This document shows, piece by piece, positions 54,322-64,000 of a stretch of 64,000 nucleotides of DNA; position 1 is the stretch's first letter, and every line of letters begins with the position of its first letter. Origin of the DNA: Lysobacterales bacterium (lineage in GTDB: Bacteria > Pseudomonadota > Gammaproteobacteria > Xanthomonadales > SZUA-5); contig JALHMH010000003.1 in assembly GCA_022844165.1 (NCBI GenBank), positions 1-64,000 on the forward strand, given 5' to 3'. The notes beneath the pieces are model-generated. The model was not told where the DNA came from and did not search any database. It worked only from the letters and a program-made list of their open reading frames with translations. A program made the translations under genes and the position numbers.

Positions 54322-55530
54322 TCAATCCGCCTGGCGACGCAAAAACGCCGGAATATCGAGATAGTCGATATCGGGGTTGCTGGGCTCCGTTACCGTGGCG
54401 GTCGGCGCGCCGAAACGGCGAACCGCCGGCTGCGGCTGCGCGGCAGGACGCTGCGTGGGCTGATGCGGCGGCGCCGGCAGTTCGCCATCGGGGCGCACGA
54501 CCCGGAAGCTGTTGCGCTGCCCCTGCGCTTGATGCACCGCCGGATTGAAGGTGTCGACCGGCTGCCGCGCGGTTTGCCGATTCAACCCGGTGGCCACCAC
54601 TGTGACGCGGATCTCGTCTTCCAGGTCCATATCGAGCACGGTGCCGATCTTGATGTTGGCGTCTTCAGCAGCGAACTCCGCCACCGTTTGACCGACATCG
54701 TTGTACTCGCGCATCGACAGATTGGGTCCTGCCGTGATGTTCACCAGAATGCCGCAGGCGCCCTTCAGGTTGATATCTTCCAGCAGCGGATTGCCGATGG
54801 CGGCTTCTGTGGCTGCGACGGCCCGATCATCGCCTTTGGCGCGGCCTGAACCCATCATGGCGAGGCCCATTTCGCTCATCACGGTGCGCACGTCGGCAAA
54901 ATCGACGTTAATCAGACCAGGACGTGTAATCAAGTCGGCGATGCCTTGCACGGCGCCGAGCAACACATCGTTAGCTTCCTTGAATGCATTCAGCAGCGAG
55001 ACCTCGCGGCCCAGCACCGACAGCAGCTTTTCATTCGGGATGGTGATCAGCGAATCGACATGTTGTGCGAGCTCGTCGATGCCCTTCATCGCCACTGCCA
55101 TGCGCCGCTTGCCTTCAAACGGAAAGGGCTTGGTGACCACGGCGACGGTCAAAATATCGAGATCCTTGGCGATCTGCGCGATCACCGGTGCGGCGCCTGT
55201 GCCTGTACCGCCGCCCATGCCGGCGGTAATAAACACCATATCCGAGCCGCGCAACGCTTCGCTGATGCGCTCGCGATCTTCGATGGCGGCCTGCCGGCCG
55301 ATTTCCGGATTCGCGCCGGCGCCGAGTCCCTTGGTGACGTTGCTGCCCAGATGCAACAAGGTAATCCCCTCAGCGCGCTTGAGCGCCTGGGCGTCGGTGT
55401 TGGCGACGATGAACTCAACGCCCTCGATACTGCCGCCGAGCATGTGAGTGACTGCATTGCCACCGCCGCCGCCGACGCCGATGACTTTAATGACCGCATT
55501 CGGTGTTGCACTTTCCATCAAGTGGAACAT
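54322..55530 (-). CDS. ftsZ: Cell division protein FtsZ
   Basis: GVGGGGGNAV, GMGGGTGTG, DIPAFLRRQAD. Confidence 0.99.
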   Translation of the reverse strand: MFHLMESATPNAVIKVIGVGGGGGNAVTHMLGGSIEGVEFIVANTDAQALKRAEGITLLHLGSNVTKGLGAGANPEIGRQAAIEDRERISEALRGSDMVFITAGMGGGTGTGAAPVIAQIAKDLDILTVAVVTKPFPFEGKRRMAVAMKGIDELAQHVDSLITIPNEKLLSVLGREVSLLNAFKEANDVLLGAVQGIADLITRPGLINVDFADVRTVMSEMGLAMMGSGRAKGDDRAVAATEAAIGNPLLEDINLKGACGILVNITAGPNLSMREYNDVGQTVAEFAAEDANIKIGTVLDMDLEDEIRVTVVATGLNRQTARQPVDTFNPAVHQAQGQRNSFRVVRPDGELPAPPHQPTQRPAAQPQPAVRRFGAPTATVTEPSNPDIDYLDIPAFLRRQAD

Positions 55531-55605
55531 GGTCTGACCCTCGCAATGAAGTACCGCTGTTGTTGTTTCGGCTCTGCGCTTCCTGCGTCTGGCCGATTGT
55601 CTTTT

Positions 55606-55710
55606 GGGGCACGGGCCACGCGACGCGGGGCACGGGAGTTGCGCAGCGCCGAATGCTCTTCGGCTTCTCCCGTGCCCCGTGCCCCGTGTCGCGTGTCCCG
55701 TGTCCCGTCC
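55606..55710. repeat. Inverted GGGGCAC/GTGCCCC heptamer arrays
   Basis: G-rich arm 55606-55638 and C-rich arm 55667-55710. Confidence 0.88.
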
Positions 55711-55711
55711 A

Positions 55712-56950
55712 TCAAAACTCCCCACCCACCCACTTCTTGACCTTTTCCCAGGCACTCAGCACGCCCGCTGTCGGCCCACTGCGCACTGGCGTGCGCGGCC
55801 GTTCGACTTGCGTGCCGTAAACCAACAAACCGACGCCCGCTGCATGTATCGGGTTACCCACGACATCGACCAGACCGGTGACATGTTGCGGTATCCCCAA
55901 TCGCACAGGCATATGAAAAATTTCTTCCGCGAGTTCCACTGCGCCTTCCATCCGGGCTGCGCCGCCGGTGAGCACCACGCCCGCGGCGATCAAGTCCTCG
56001 AAGCCGCTGCGACGCAGCTCGGCCTGCGCCAGGGTGAAGAGCTCCTCGTATCGCGGCTGCACCACCTCGGCGAGCGTTTGTCGCGCCAGGCGACGTGGCG
56101 CACGCTCGCCGACGCTGGGCACTGAGATGCTCTCTTCCGCAGTCGCAAGCTGTGCCAGCGCACATGCGTATTTGAGCTTGATCTCTTCGGCATGTTGCGT
56201 GGGGGTGCGAAGTGCAACGGCGATGTCGTTGGTGACCTGATCGCCAGCGATCGGCAACACCGCAGTGTGGCGGATCGCGCCTTGCGCAAAAATCACGATG
56301 TCGGTGGTACCGGCGCCGATGTCGATCAACGCCACGCCCAGTTCGCGCTCGTCGTCGGTCAACACGGCATGGCTGGCCGCCAGCGGCTGCAAGATCAAAT
56401 CGTCGACCGACAGCCCGCAGCGCGCAATGCACTTGGTGATGTTCTGCGCAGCGCTCGCCGCTGCAGTCACCAGGTGCGCGCGTACCTCCAGGCGGATGCC
56501 GCTCATACCGATGGGATGACGTATGCCGTCCTGTTCGTCAATCACATACTCCTGGCTGAGCACGTGGAGAATTTTCTGATCGGCCGGTATCGGCATTGCG
56601 CGTGCCGCGTCCAGCGCGCGGTCGACGTCGAAGTCGGTGACCTCTTTGTCGCGGATCGCGACGATGCCGTGCGAATTCAGGCTCTTGATGTGGCTACCGC
56701 TGATGCCGGCGTAAACCGAGCGAATCTCGCAGCCGCTCATGGCCTCGGCTTCCTCCACCGCACGCTGGATCGACTGCACGGTCGATTCGATATCGACCAC
56801 GACGCCGCGCTTGATGCCACGCGAGGCGTGGCTGCCCAGACCGATGATATCGACCGCTTCGCCAGGCGCGTACTCGCCGACCATCGCCACCACTTTGCTG
56901 GTGCCGATATCGAGGCCAACGATCAGCGATTTGTCACTCTTTCGGGTCAT
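55712..56950 (-). CDS. ftsA: Cell division protein FtsA
   Basis: GLDIGTSKV, DIGAGTTD, VLTGG. Confidence 0.98.
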   Translation of the reverse strand: MTRKSDKSLIVGLDIGTSKVVAMVGEYAPGEAVDIIGLGSHASRGIKRGVVVDIESTVQSIQRAVEEAEAMSGCEIRSVYAGISGSHIKSLNSHGIVAIRDKEVTDFDVDRALDAARAMPIPADQKILHVLSQEYVIDEQDGIRHPIGMSGIRLEVRAHLVTAAASAAQNITKCIARCGLSVDDLILQPLAASHAVLTDDERELGVALIDIGAGTTDIVIFAQGAIRHTAVLPIAGDQVTNDIAVALRTPTQHAEEIKLKYACALAQLATAEESISVPSVGERAPRRLARQTLAEVVQPRYEELFTLAQAELRRSGFEDLIAAGVVLTGGAARMEGAVELAEEIFHMPVRLGIPQHVTGLVDVVGNPIHAAGVGLLVYGTQVERPRTPVRSGPTAGVLSAWEKVKKWVGGEF

Positions 56951-57687
56951 GGATTTGCAGTACTCAAGACGGGAATCGCCGGCACAGCCGGGTCGGCATA
57001 ACGCACGGCGAAGCCATGGGTGTAACGCAGATCGGCGCGAGTGATCGGGCGCGGATCGGATTGTTGCAACGCATCCAGGCTGGCCACGAAACGCGCGTAG
57101 CGGGCGAACTGTTCGCGGCTGCCCAGACGCACCAGTACGCCGGTGTTCAACCGCAGTTCAATGGCGCCGCGTGCGCTCATCGTCAGGCTTTCGATTGGGT
57201 TGTCGTCGGTTGCCGAGAGCGCGCGTTGATAGAACGCGACCAAGGCCGGCATTTGTTCGGGACGTGCATCGAATCGCGGCAGGCCCGTCAGTTCGCCGCT
57301 GCCACGCGCCGGAAACAGTGCGCCGGCAACATCGACGAGTGCATCGTTGCCGCTCCGTCCAAGCACCTTACGCTCGGTAGCGCGCACGCTCAGCACATTC
57401 GGCCAGTGTTTGCGCACTTCGGCCGATTCGACCCAGGGCAGCATCAGCACGCGCGACCGGGCGTCTTCCAGGTCGACGAACAAGAAACCGCGCGCGGCCG
57501 CCGGTGCGATGGCATCACGAATCTGCGCATCGCTGACGCGTTGGAACGGCGCCGTAACATCGATAAAACTGATCGGCAAGAAGCCAACGCCGCCGGTTCT
57601 CGCGAAGTACGCGCCGATCAGCAGCAAACCGATTGCGAACACTGCCAGGAGCGTCAGCGCTTGCGCCAGGAAGGGCCGGGTGGTCAT
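56947..57687 (-). CDS. ftsQ: Cell division protein FtsQ
   Basis: TM, POTRA ([12 protein letters not shown]), DLRY; synteny. Confidence 0.93.
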   Translation of the reverse strand: MTTRPFLAQALTLLAVFAIGLLLIGAYFARTGGVGFLPISFIDVTAPFQRVSDAQIRDAIAPAAARGFLFVDLEDARSRVLMLPWVESAEVRKHWPNVLSVRATERKVLGRSGNDALVDVAGALFPARGSGELTGLPRFDARPEQMPALVAFYQRALSATDDNPIESLTMSARGAIELRLNTGVLVRLGSREQFARYARFVASLDALQQSDPRPITRADLRYTHGFAVRYADPAVPAIPVLSTANP

Positions 57688-58598
57688 CGCCGGTCCTCCA
57701 GGCTGGTGCGCAAAATGCGTACACACAGCTCGTCGAATTCGATACCCGCCTGGCGTGCGGCTTTTGGCACGAGACTGTGACTCGTCATGCCTGGTGTAGT
57801 GTTGACCTCGAGCAAGAAGCACGTGCCGTGAGCGTCTTGCATGACGTCGATTCGACCCCAGCCGAATGCGCCGACGGCATCGAACGCGCGCTCGCAGAGG
57901 CGTTGCAAGTCCGACTCCTGAGCGCCGCTCAAACCCGGGCAGAAGTACTGGGTGTCGTCGGAGATGTATTTCGCGTGGTAGTCGTAGTACTCGCCCGGTG
58001 GCACGATGCGGATACTCGGTAGCGCTTGTCCATCGAGGATGCCGACCGTCAATTCGGGCCCTGCGATCAGCTGTTCGACCAGCAGCTCGCCATCGTAGCG
58101 CGCCGCCAGAGCGACGGCCGCCTGGATGTCGTTCGCCTGGAAAACGCGGGTCACACCGACGCTCGAACCCTCGCGCGAGGGTTTGACGATGGCCGGTAAC
58201 CCCACCGCTGCCAGCGCCGCCTCGACATCGTCGCCGGGATGCAAAACGGCAAAGTCAGGTGTCGGAATGCCGAGCGACTGCCAGATGCGTTTGGTTCGCA
58301 CCTTGTCCATCGTCAAGGCCGATCCCAGAACTCGCGAGCCGGTGTACGGTACGCCGAGAGATTCGAGAGCGCCTTGCAGCATCCCATCCTCGCCGCCGCG
58401 GCCGTGCAGGATGTTGAAGACGCGATCGACGGCGCCGGCGCGAACCGCATCGAGCAACGCCGGAATGCCGTCGATGGCCACCGCATCGATCCCGCGACGC
58501 TGCAACGCCGCCAGCACATTGGCACCGCTGTTGAGCGACACCTCGCGCTCCGATGAAGTGCCGCCGAGGACAACGGCGACGCGGCCAAAGGTGGTCAT
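57684..58598 (-). CDS. ddl: D-alanine--D-alanine ligase
   Basis: [34 protein letters not shown]. Confidence 0.97.
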   Translation of the reverse strand: MTTFGRVAVVLGGTSSEREVSLNSGANVLAALQRRGIDAVAIDGIPALLDAVRAGAVDRVFNILHGRGGEDGMLQGALESLGVPYTGSRVLGSALTMDKVRTKRIWQSLGIPTPDFAVLHPGDDVEAALAAVGLPAIVKPSREGSSVGVTRVFQANDIQAAVALAARYDGELLVEQLIAGPELTVGILDGQALPSIRIVPPGEYYDYHAKYISDDTQYFCPGLSGAQESDLQRLCERAFDAVGAFGWGRIDVMQDAHGTCFLLEVNTTPGMTSHSLVPKAARQAGIEFDELCVRILRTSLEDRR

Positions 58599-58609
58599 CC
58601 TCGGCCTCC

Positions 58610-58855
58610 GGGGGCGGGGGGCGGGGCACGGGGCACGGGGCATGGGGCGCCTGCGCAGGTGAAGCGGGGCACGGGGCGCGGGGCACGGGGCACGGGAGCG
58701 CCCCAATGCTGGGGCATCGATCGGCCGAAAATGCGTCTTCTCGCGCCTGCCGACCACCCGCTTTTCCCGTGCCCCGTGCCCCGCGCCCGGTGCCCCGTGC
58801 CCCGCTTCACCTGCGCAGGCGCCCGTGCCCCGTGCCCCGCGCCCCGCTTCACTTG
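58610..58855. repeat. Large inverted GGGGCAC heptamer array
   Basis: Arms at about 58610-58696 and 58765-58855 share an internal GCGCCTGCGCAGGTGAAGCGGGG and its reverse complement. Confidence 0.92.
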
Positions 58856-58863
58856 CGGCCCAC

Positions 58864-60300
58864 TCATCGCGCCCCTCCGACCAAGCCGTTCGCTTCCAGC
58901 TCATTCGCTGCCGCACCGATGTCTCCCGCGCCCTGCAACAGCAGCAGATCGCCGTCGCGCAAAAGATCGGGCAGCACCGAGCGCAGTTCGCGCGGGTGTG
59001 CAATGAATACCGGGTCGACACGACCGCGTGCACGGACTGCGCGCGCCAGGGCGCGACCATCCGCGCCGGCGATGGGCGTCTCTCCCGCGGCGTACACGTC
59101 GGTCAGCACCAGCACGTCGACCTGGCTCAATACATCCGCGAAGTCGTCGAACAAATCCCGGGTGCGCGTGTAACGATGCGGTTGAAAGGCGAGCACCAGG
59201 CGACGCTCTGGCCAGCCGCCGCGTGCCGCCTCGATGACCGCCCGCACTTCGCGCGGATGATGGCCATAGTCGTCGACGAACATCGCCTCGCCGGTCTGCA
59301 ATGTCACTGGCGGGTGTAAGTGGAAACGTCGTCCGACACCGCCGAAGCGCTCCAAACCCTGCACGATGGCATCGGCCGACACGCCGATTTCGACTGCGAT
59401 TGCCGCCGCCGCGCAGGCGTTTTGAACGTTGTGCCTGCCAGGAAGCCTGAGGCACACCGTGCGCGGCGTTTCTTCCGGCAGATGCAGCGTAAAGTGCATT
59501 TCGCCGCCGCGCTGTATCACGTCGCTGGCGCGTACATCGGCGTCCGCGGCGAAGCCGTAAGTGCGCACGGCACGCGGCGAGCGTTCGCCCAACGATCTGG
59601 TCTCCGCGTCGTCGGCGCAGAGCACCGCGAGGCCATAAAAGGGCAGGCGATGAATGAATTGATCGAACGCGTGCTTCAACGTCTGGAAGCTGTTGCCGAA
59701 GTTCTCCAGGTGATCGGCATCGATGTTGGTCACCACGGCCATCAGCGGCTGCAGCAACAAGAACGAACCATCGCTTTCGTCGGCTTCTGCTACCAGATAC
59801 TCGCCGGCACCCAGGCGCGCGTGCGTGCCGGCGCTATTGAGCAATCCGCCGATGACAAACGTTGGGTCCAGGCCATCGGCCGCCAGTACGCTTGCGATGA
59901 GGCTGGTCGTGGTTGTCTTGCCATGCGTGCCGGCCACCGCGATGCCGCGGCGAAACCGCATCAACTCGCCGAGCATTTCGGCGCGCGGCACGATTGGCAA
60001 ACGCCGTTCGCGCGCCGCAGTGAGTTCGGGATTGTCGGCGGCGATTGCGCTTGAGACCACCAACACGTCTACGTCATCGACATGGCTTGCGGCGTGACCG
60101 AGGAAAACGCGCGCGCCCAGTTGTGCGAGGCGGCGCGTGGTTTTGTTGTCGGCCTGATCAGAGCCGGAGATTGTGTATCCCAGATTGAGCATCACTTCGG
60201 CAATGCCGCTCATGCCGGCGCCGCCGATACCAATGAAGTGCACACGGCGGAACGCGCGCATCGAATCTTGTCCAGGACGAAATCGGGCGGCGAGGCTCAT
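58864..60300 (-). CDS. murC: UDP-N-acetylmuramate--L-alanine ligase
   Basis: [31 protein letters not shown]. Confidence 0.98.
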   Translation of the reverse strand: MSLAARFRPGQDSMRAFRRVHFIGIGGAGMSGIAEVMLNLGYTISGSDQADNKTTRRLAQLGARVFLGHAASHVDDVDVLVVSSAIAADNPELTAARERRLPIVPRAEMLGELMRFRRGIAVAGTHGKTTTTSLIASVLAADGLDPTFVIGGLLNSAGTHARLGAGEYLVAEADESDGSFLLLQPLMAVVTNIDADHLENFGNSFQTLKHAFDQFIHRLPFYGLAVLCADDAETRSLGERSPRAVRTYGFAADADVRASDVIQRGGEMHFTLHLPEETPRTVCLRLPGRHNVQNACAAAAIAVEIGVSADAIVQGLERFGGVGRRFHLHPPVTLQTGEAMFVDDYGHHPREVRAVIEAARGGWPERRLVLAFQPHRYTRTRDLFDDFADVLSQVDVLVLTDVYAAGETPIAGADGRALARAVRARGRVDPVFIAHPRELRSVLPDLLRDGDLLLLQGAGDIGAAANELEANGLVGGAR

Positions 60301-61361
60301 GCCGATACCTCAATGCATGCCGCCGCAACCCGTTCCGCGGCATCCGGGACCGCCAGTGCGCGCGCGCGTTCGGCCATGACCCGAAGGGCATGACGATCAC
60401 TCAGCGTTTGTAGTTTTCTTGCCAGCGACCCGGCGCTGAGCGTCGCCTCCGGCAACATCTCCGCGGCGCCGGCAGCGACCAACCAGCCCGCATTCGCGGT
60501 TTGATGATCGTCGACCGCGTATGGATACGGCACCAACCACGCACCGAGCCCGGCCGCTGTTAATTCGGCCAGCGTCAATGCGCCAGCGCGGCAAATAGCC
60601 AGATCGGCCCACGCGTAGGCCGCCGCCATGTCGTCGACGAAAGCGCTCACTTTTGCCGCCACGCCGGCCTTCTCGTAGGCGGCCACTGTCGCTTCCAAAC
60701 CTGCTTGTCCGCACTGATGCCAAACTGTTGGCCGGTGCGCCGCGTCGACCAGTGCCAGCGCCGACGGCAGCGTTTGATTCAAGACGCGTGCGCCCTGGCT
60801 GCCACCGAGAACCAGCAGATTCACGGCACCCTGACGTGCGCCGAAACGCTCCTGAGGCGTGGGCAGTGCGGCGATTTCCGCGCGCACCGGGTTGCCGACC
60901 CATTCCCCGGCAGCGAATACATCCGGAAAGCCGCTGAGTACGCGCCTGGCGAGTTTCGCCAGCACGCGATTGGTTAAACCCGGTATGCGATTCTGCTCGT
61001 GCACGACAAGCGGTTTGCGCGAGATCAGCGCCGCCAGACCGCCGGGACCTGCGGCGAACCCGCCGAAACTGACAACGCATCGCGGCGCGGTACGTTGCAG
61101 TACGCGTCGCGCTTGCCAAACGGCGCGCAACAGATCGATTGGCAACATCAGCTTGCGCATCGCGCCCTTGCCGCGCAGTCCGCGCACGGCGATGCCTTCG
61201 AATGCAACACCACGGCCTAGCACCAATCGCTCTTCCAAACCACCGCGAGCGCCAAGCCAAACCACCGGCACCGCGCGGCGCTGTAACGCCGCGGCAACCG
61301 CCAGCCCCGGAAAGATATGCCCACCGGTGCCGCCGGCCATGACCATCACGGGCGCGCTCAT
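60297..61361 (-). CDS. murG: MurG glycosyltransferase
   Basis: [27 protein letters not shown]. Confidence 0.98.
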   Translation of the reverse strand: MSAPVMVMAGGTGGHIFPGLAVAAALQRRAVPVVWLGARGGLEERLVLGRGVAFEGIAVRGLRGKGAMRKLMLPIDLLRAVWQARRVLQRTAPRCVVSFGGFAAGPGGLAALISRKPLVVHEQNRIPGLTNRVLAKLARRVLSGFPDVFAAGEWVGNPVRAEIAALPTPQERFGARQGAVNLLVLGGSQGARVLNQTLPSALALVDAAHRPTVWHQCGQAGLEATVAAYEKAGVAAKVSAFVDDMAAAYAWADLAICRAGALTLAELTAAGLGAWLVPYPYAVDDHQTANAGWLVAAGAAEMLPEATLSAGSLARKLQTLSDRHALRVMAERARALAVPDAAERVAAACIEVSA

Positions 61362-62533
61362 TTGGCGCCTCCCGATACACCCTCGTGGGCGCCGACCGCG
61401 CGCGGCTCTCGCAAACTGCCGCTGACGCGCAACAACAGCCCGACGGCGCAGCAGCACATCAGAGTGCTCGAACCTCCGGAGCTGATCAACGGCAGCGTCA
61501 GTCCTTTGGTCGGCAGTGCGCCGATGTTGACACCAATACTGATCGCCGCCTGCAGCGCAAACCAAAGACCAATGCCGTAAGCAAGATGCGCTTCAAAGGC
61601 ACGACCTTGGCGCAGCCCTTCGATGCCCAGATAAAACGCGCGAGCAACAAAAACGGCAAACAACCCGATCACCATCAGCACGCCCAGAAAGCCGAGCTCT
61701 TCGGCAATCACCGCGAAGATAAAGTCGGTATGCGCTTCCGGCAGATAGTAGAGTTTCTGCACGCTGTCCCCGAGGCCCACGCCGAGCCACTCGCCGCGGC
61801 CGACGGCGATCAGCGCCTGGGTCAGCTGGAAACCATCGTTGAACGGATCCGCCCAGGGATCGGTGAAAGACAGCAGGCGCCGTACGCGATACTCCTTGCT
61901 CAACGCGGCGAATGCGACCACCGGCATTGCGACCAGAGCCGCGCCGGCAAGGTGGCGTGCGGATCCACCTGCTAACCACACCATGCCGCCAACGATCGAC
62001 ATTAACAACAAGGCACTGCCGAAATCCGGCTGCGCCAGCAATAGCCCAAGCAGCGCGCCAGCTACGATCAACGGCTTCATCACACCCAACAACTGATGTT
62101 GCAACGCCTCCTGATGGCGGACGAAATAGCCGGCGAGGTACACGATCATCAGTACTTTCACCGCCTCGACCGCCTGGAACGTGGAGACGCCCAGGTTGAT
62201 CCAGCGTTTGGCGCCTTTGACTTCAACGCCCAGGCCCGGTACGAAAACGACGAGCAACAACGCGAAGGCGGCTAAAATCAACAGCTGCGAGTAGGTCTTC
62301 AGCCACTCAAGATCGACGCGATAAGCGATAGACCCGAGCACAGCGCCCGCCGCCAGGAACACAAGGTGTTTCTGGACAAAGTAGAACGGACCGACGCTCA
62401 GTCCTTCGGCGATAGCGATTGAGCTCGACGTCACCATGATGATGCCGAACGCCACCAGACCGAGCACGCTCACGGCGATGTACGGGTCGAGCACAACGCC
62501 CGGCGCTGGGGGTAATTTGCGGGCCTGAATCAT
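61358..62533 (-). CDS. ftsW: Cell division protein FtsW
   Basis: [21 protein letters not shown]. Confidence 0.97.
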   Translation of the reverse strand: MIQARKLPPAPGVVLDPYIAVSVLGLVAFGIIMVTSSSIAIAEGLSVGPFYFVQKHLVFLAAGAVLGSIAYRVDLEWLKTYSQLLILAAFALLLVVFVPGLGVEVKGAKRWINLGVSTFQAVEAVKVLMIVYLAGYFVRHQEALQHQLLGVMKPLIVAGALLGLLLAQPDFGSALLLMSIVGGMVWLAGGSARHLAGAALVAMPVVAFAALSKEYRVRRLLSFTDPWADPFNDGFQLTQALIAVGRGEWLGVGLGDSVQKLYYLPEAHTDFIFAVIAEELGFLGVLMVIGLFAVFVARAFYLGIEGLRQGRAFEAHLAYGIGLWFALQAAISIGVNIGALPTKGLTLPLISSGGSSTLMCCCAVGLLLRVSGSLREPRAVGAHEGVSGGAK

Positions 62534-62575
62534 GGTGTGGCTCCCGCTGTGCTTGCGTGCTCGATCGACGAGGCC

Positions 62576-62636
62576 GGGGCGCGGGGCACGGGGCACGGGG
62601 TGGGAAACAGCCCGTGCCCCATGCCCCGTGCCCCGC
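62576..62636. repeat. Inverted GGGGCAC heptamer hairpin
   Basis: GGGGCGC GGGGCAC GGGGCAC GGG ... CCCGTGCCCC ATGCCCC GTGCCCC. Confidence 0.9.
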
Positions 62637-62657
62637 CTTTTGCCCGCGATCCGTCCA

Positions 62658-63740
62658 TCACCGCACCTTCAACGTAGCAAGACCCATCAGCACCAGCACC
62701 ACGCTGATGATCCAGAAGCGCACGATGACGCGCGGCTCGGGCCAGCCTTTGAGCTCGAAGTGGTGGTGCAGCGGCGCCATGCGGAAAATTCGTTTGCCGG
62801 TGAGCTTGAACGAAGCCACCTGCAACATCACGCTCAAGGTCTCCAGCACAAAGATGCCGCCCATGATGACCAGCACGACCTCCTGGCGGACGATGACCGC
62901 GATGCAACCCAACACGGCGCCAACGGCGAGCGCGCCGATATCGCCCATAAAGACCTGCGCTGGATAGGTGTTGAACCACAAAAAGCCCAAACCTGCGCCG
63001 GCCAACGCGCCACAAATGATCGTGAGTTCGCCTGCGCCAGGGATGCGCGGAATGCCCAGGTACTTTGCGAATTCCGCGTGACCCGAGGCATAGGCGAAGA
63101 TGCCAAGCGCTCCTGCGACCAACACTGTCGGCATGATTGCCAATCCATCCAGACCGTCGGTGAGATTGACGGCGTTGGAAAAGCCGACGATCCAGAAGTA
63201 CGCAATGATCAAGTACGCCATCCCGAGCGGAATGGCGATCTGTTTGAAAAACGGCACATACAACTGCGTTGCTGCCGGCGTATCGGCGGTGACGTACAAC
63301 ACAACCGCCGCGGTGGCGCCGAAAATCGATTGCAACAAGTATTTGTAGCGTGCCGCCAGACCTTTGCTGTCCTTGAGCACCAGCTTGCGGTAATCGTCGA
63401 TCCAGCCAATGAAACCAAACGAGAGCAGTACGCCGAGCACAATCCACACGTACCGGCTTTCGAGGTTGCACCAAAGCAAAGTCGCGATCGCCACGGCAAG
63501 CAGGATCAGCATGCCGCCCATCGTCGGCGTACCGGCCTTGGACAGATGCGATTGCGGGCCGTCCTTGCGTATCGTTTGTCCGATCTGTTTTTCCGTCAGC
63601 GAACGGATCAGCTTGGGGCCGAGCCACAGCGAAAGGCCGAGTGCTGTCAGCGTGGCCAGAATGGCGCGCAGGGTGATGTAGCCCACCGCATTAAAGGCAC
63701 TGAAGTACTGTTCCAAGTGGTCGGCGAGCCAGAACAACAT
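62658..63740 (-). CDS. mraY: Phospho-N-acetylmuramoyl-pentapeptide transferase
   Basis: [28 protein letters not shown]. Confidence 0.98.
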   Translation of the reverse strand: MLFWLADHLEQYFSAFNAVGYITLRAILATLTALGLSLWLGPKLIRSLTEKQIGQTIRKDGPQSHLSKAGTPTMGGMLILLAVAIATLLWCNLESRYVWIVLGVLLSFGFIGWIDDYRKLVLKDSKGLAARYKYLLQSIFGATAAVVLYVTADTPAATQLYVPFFKQIAIPLGMAYLIIAYFWIVGFSNAVNLTDGLDGLAIMPTVLVAGALGIFAYASGHAEFAKYLGIPRIPGAGELTIICGALAGAGLGFLWFNTYPAQVFMGDIGALAVGAVLGCIAVIVRQEVVLVIMGGIFVLETLSVMLQVASFKLTGKRIFRMAPLHHHFELKGWPEPRVIVRFWIISVVLVLMGLATLKVR

Positions 63741-64000
63741 CAATGAACTCCCTGGCCGGCACCGAGTCCAGCGAGTACGCGCTCCATGCGCGACGAACGC
63801 GAACCTTTGATCAGCGCTGTTGATCCGGGGCGCCACGCCAGGCGCAGCGCCGCAAGCAACGGTTCCAGCTCATCGAAGGCGTATCCCCCGGCGCCAAATC
63901 CGCGTGCTGCCTCGCGGCTCAGGGGCCCGAGTGCGAATAGCGCATCAATACCCGCCACGCGAGCCGCCATGCCGCTGGCGTAGTGCATCGAAGCGCCGTC
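63740..64000 (-). CDS. murF: MurF C-terminal part (partial at the window edge)
   Basis: LIKGSR..RMERV; directly upstream of mraY. Confidence 0.9.
   Translation of the reverse strand, partial: DGASMHYASGMAARVAGIDALFALGPLSREAARGFGAGGYAFDELEPLLAALRLAWRPGSTALIKGSRSSRMERVLAGLGAGQGVH

Noticed and set aside
58599-59060. Extended N-termini of ddl, ftsZ, ftsW, murG and mraY in the ORF track
   Set aside because: They translate heptamer repeats or overlap upstream genes; conserved starts lie downstream.
62534-62657. Loss of murD from the dcw cluster
   Set aside because: mraY-ftsW adjacency is the usual Xanthomonadales arrangement.
1-64000. tRNA or rRNA genes
   Set aside because: None recognised by eye; a covariance search was not possible.

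Overview
GC-rich bacterial window, probably Xanthomonadales-like (dcw cluster with mraY directly followed by ftsW). The left 25 kb is a rearranged accessory region. It holds three complete and about six partial copies of an HUH/Y1 (RAYT/IS200-like) transposase element. Each element end carries an inward-facing GGACANCCA motif, and many ends are flanked by short tandem 'stutter' duplications. Neighbouring genes are repeatedly broken about 8-10 nt outside the motif. The same region has a paralog array with near-identical 5' ends, a Phd antitoxin with a dead VapC, an XRE/ImmA switch facing two unknown genes, a PepSY/two-component module and a solitary integron-like cassette encoding a putative nuclease. 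The middle holds an ECF sigma/Ser-Thr kinase pair, large secreted proteins sharing a C-terminal F/L-x-[DN]-G-F-E tail, and a LuxO-like phosphorelay next to a chaperone-usher pilus operon with a LuxO-box/IHF/sigma54 promoter. The right 10 kb is the dcw cluster (murF to ftsZ) with G-rich heptamer hairpins between genes. All family calls come from motif recognition by eye; no database searches were run.
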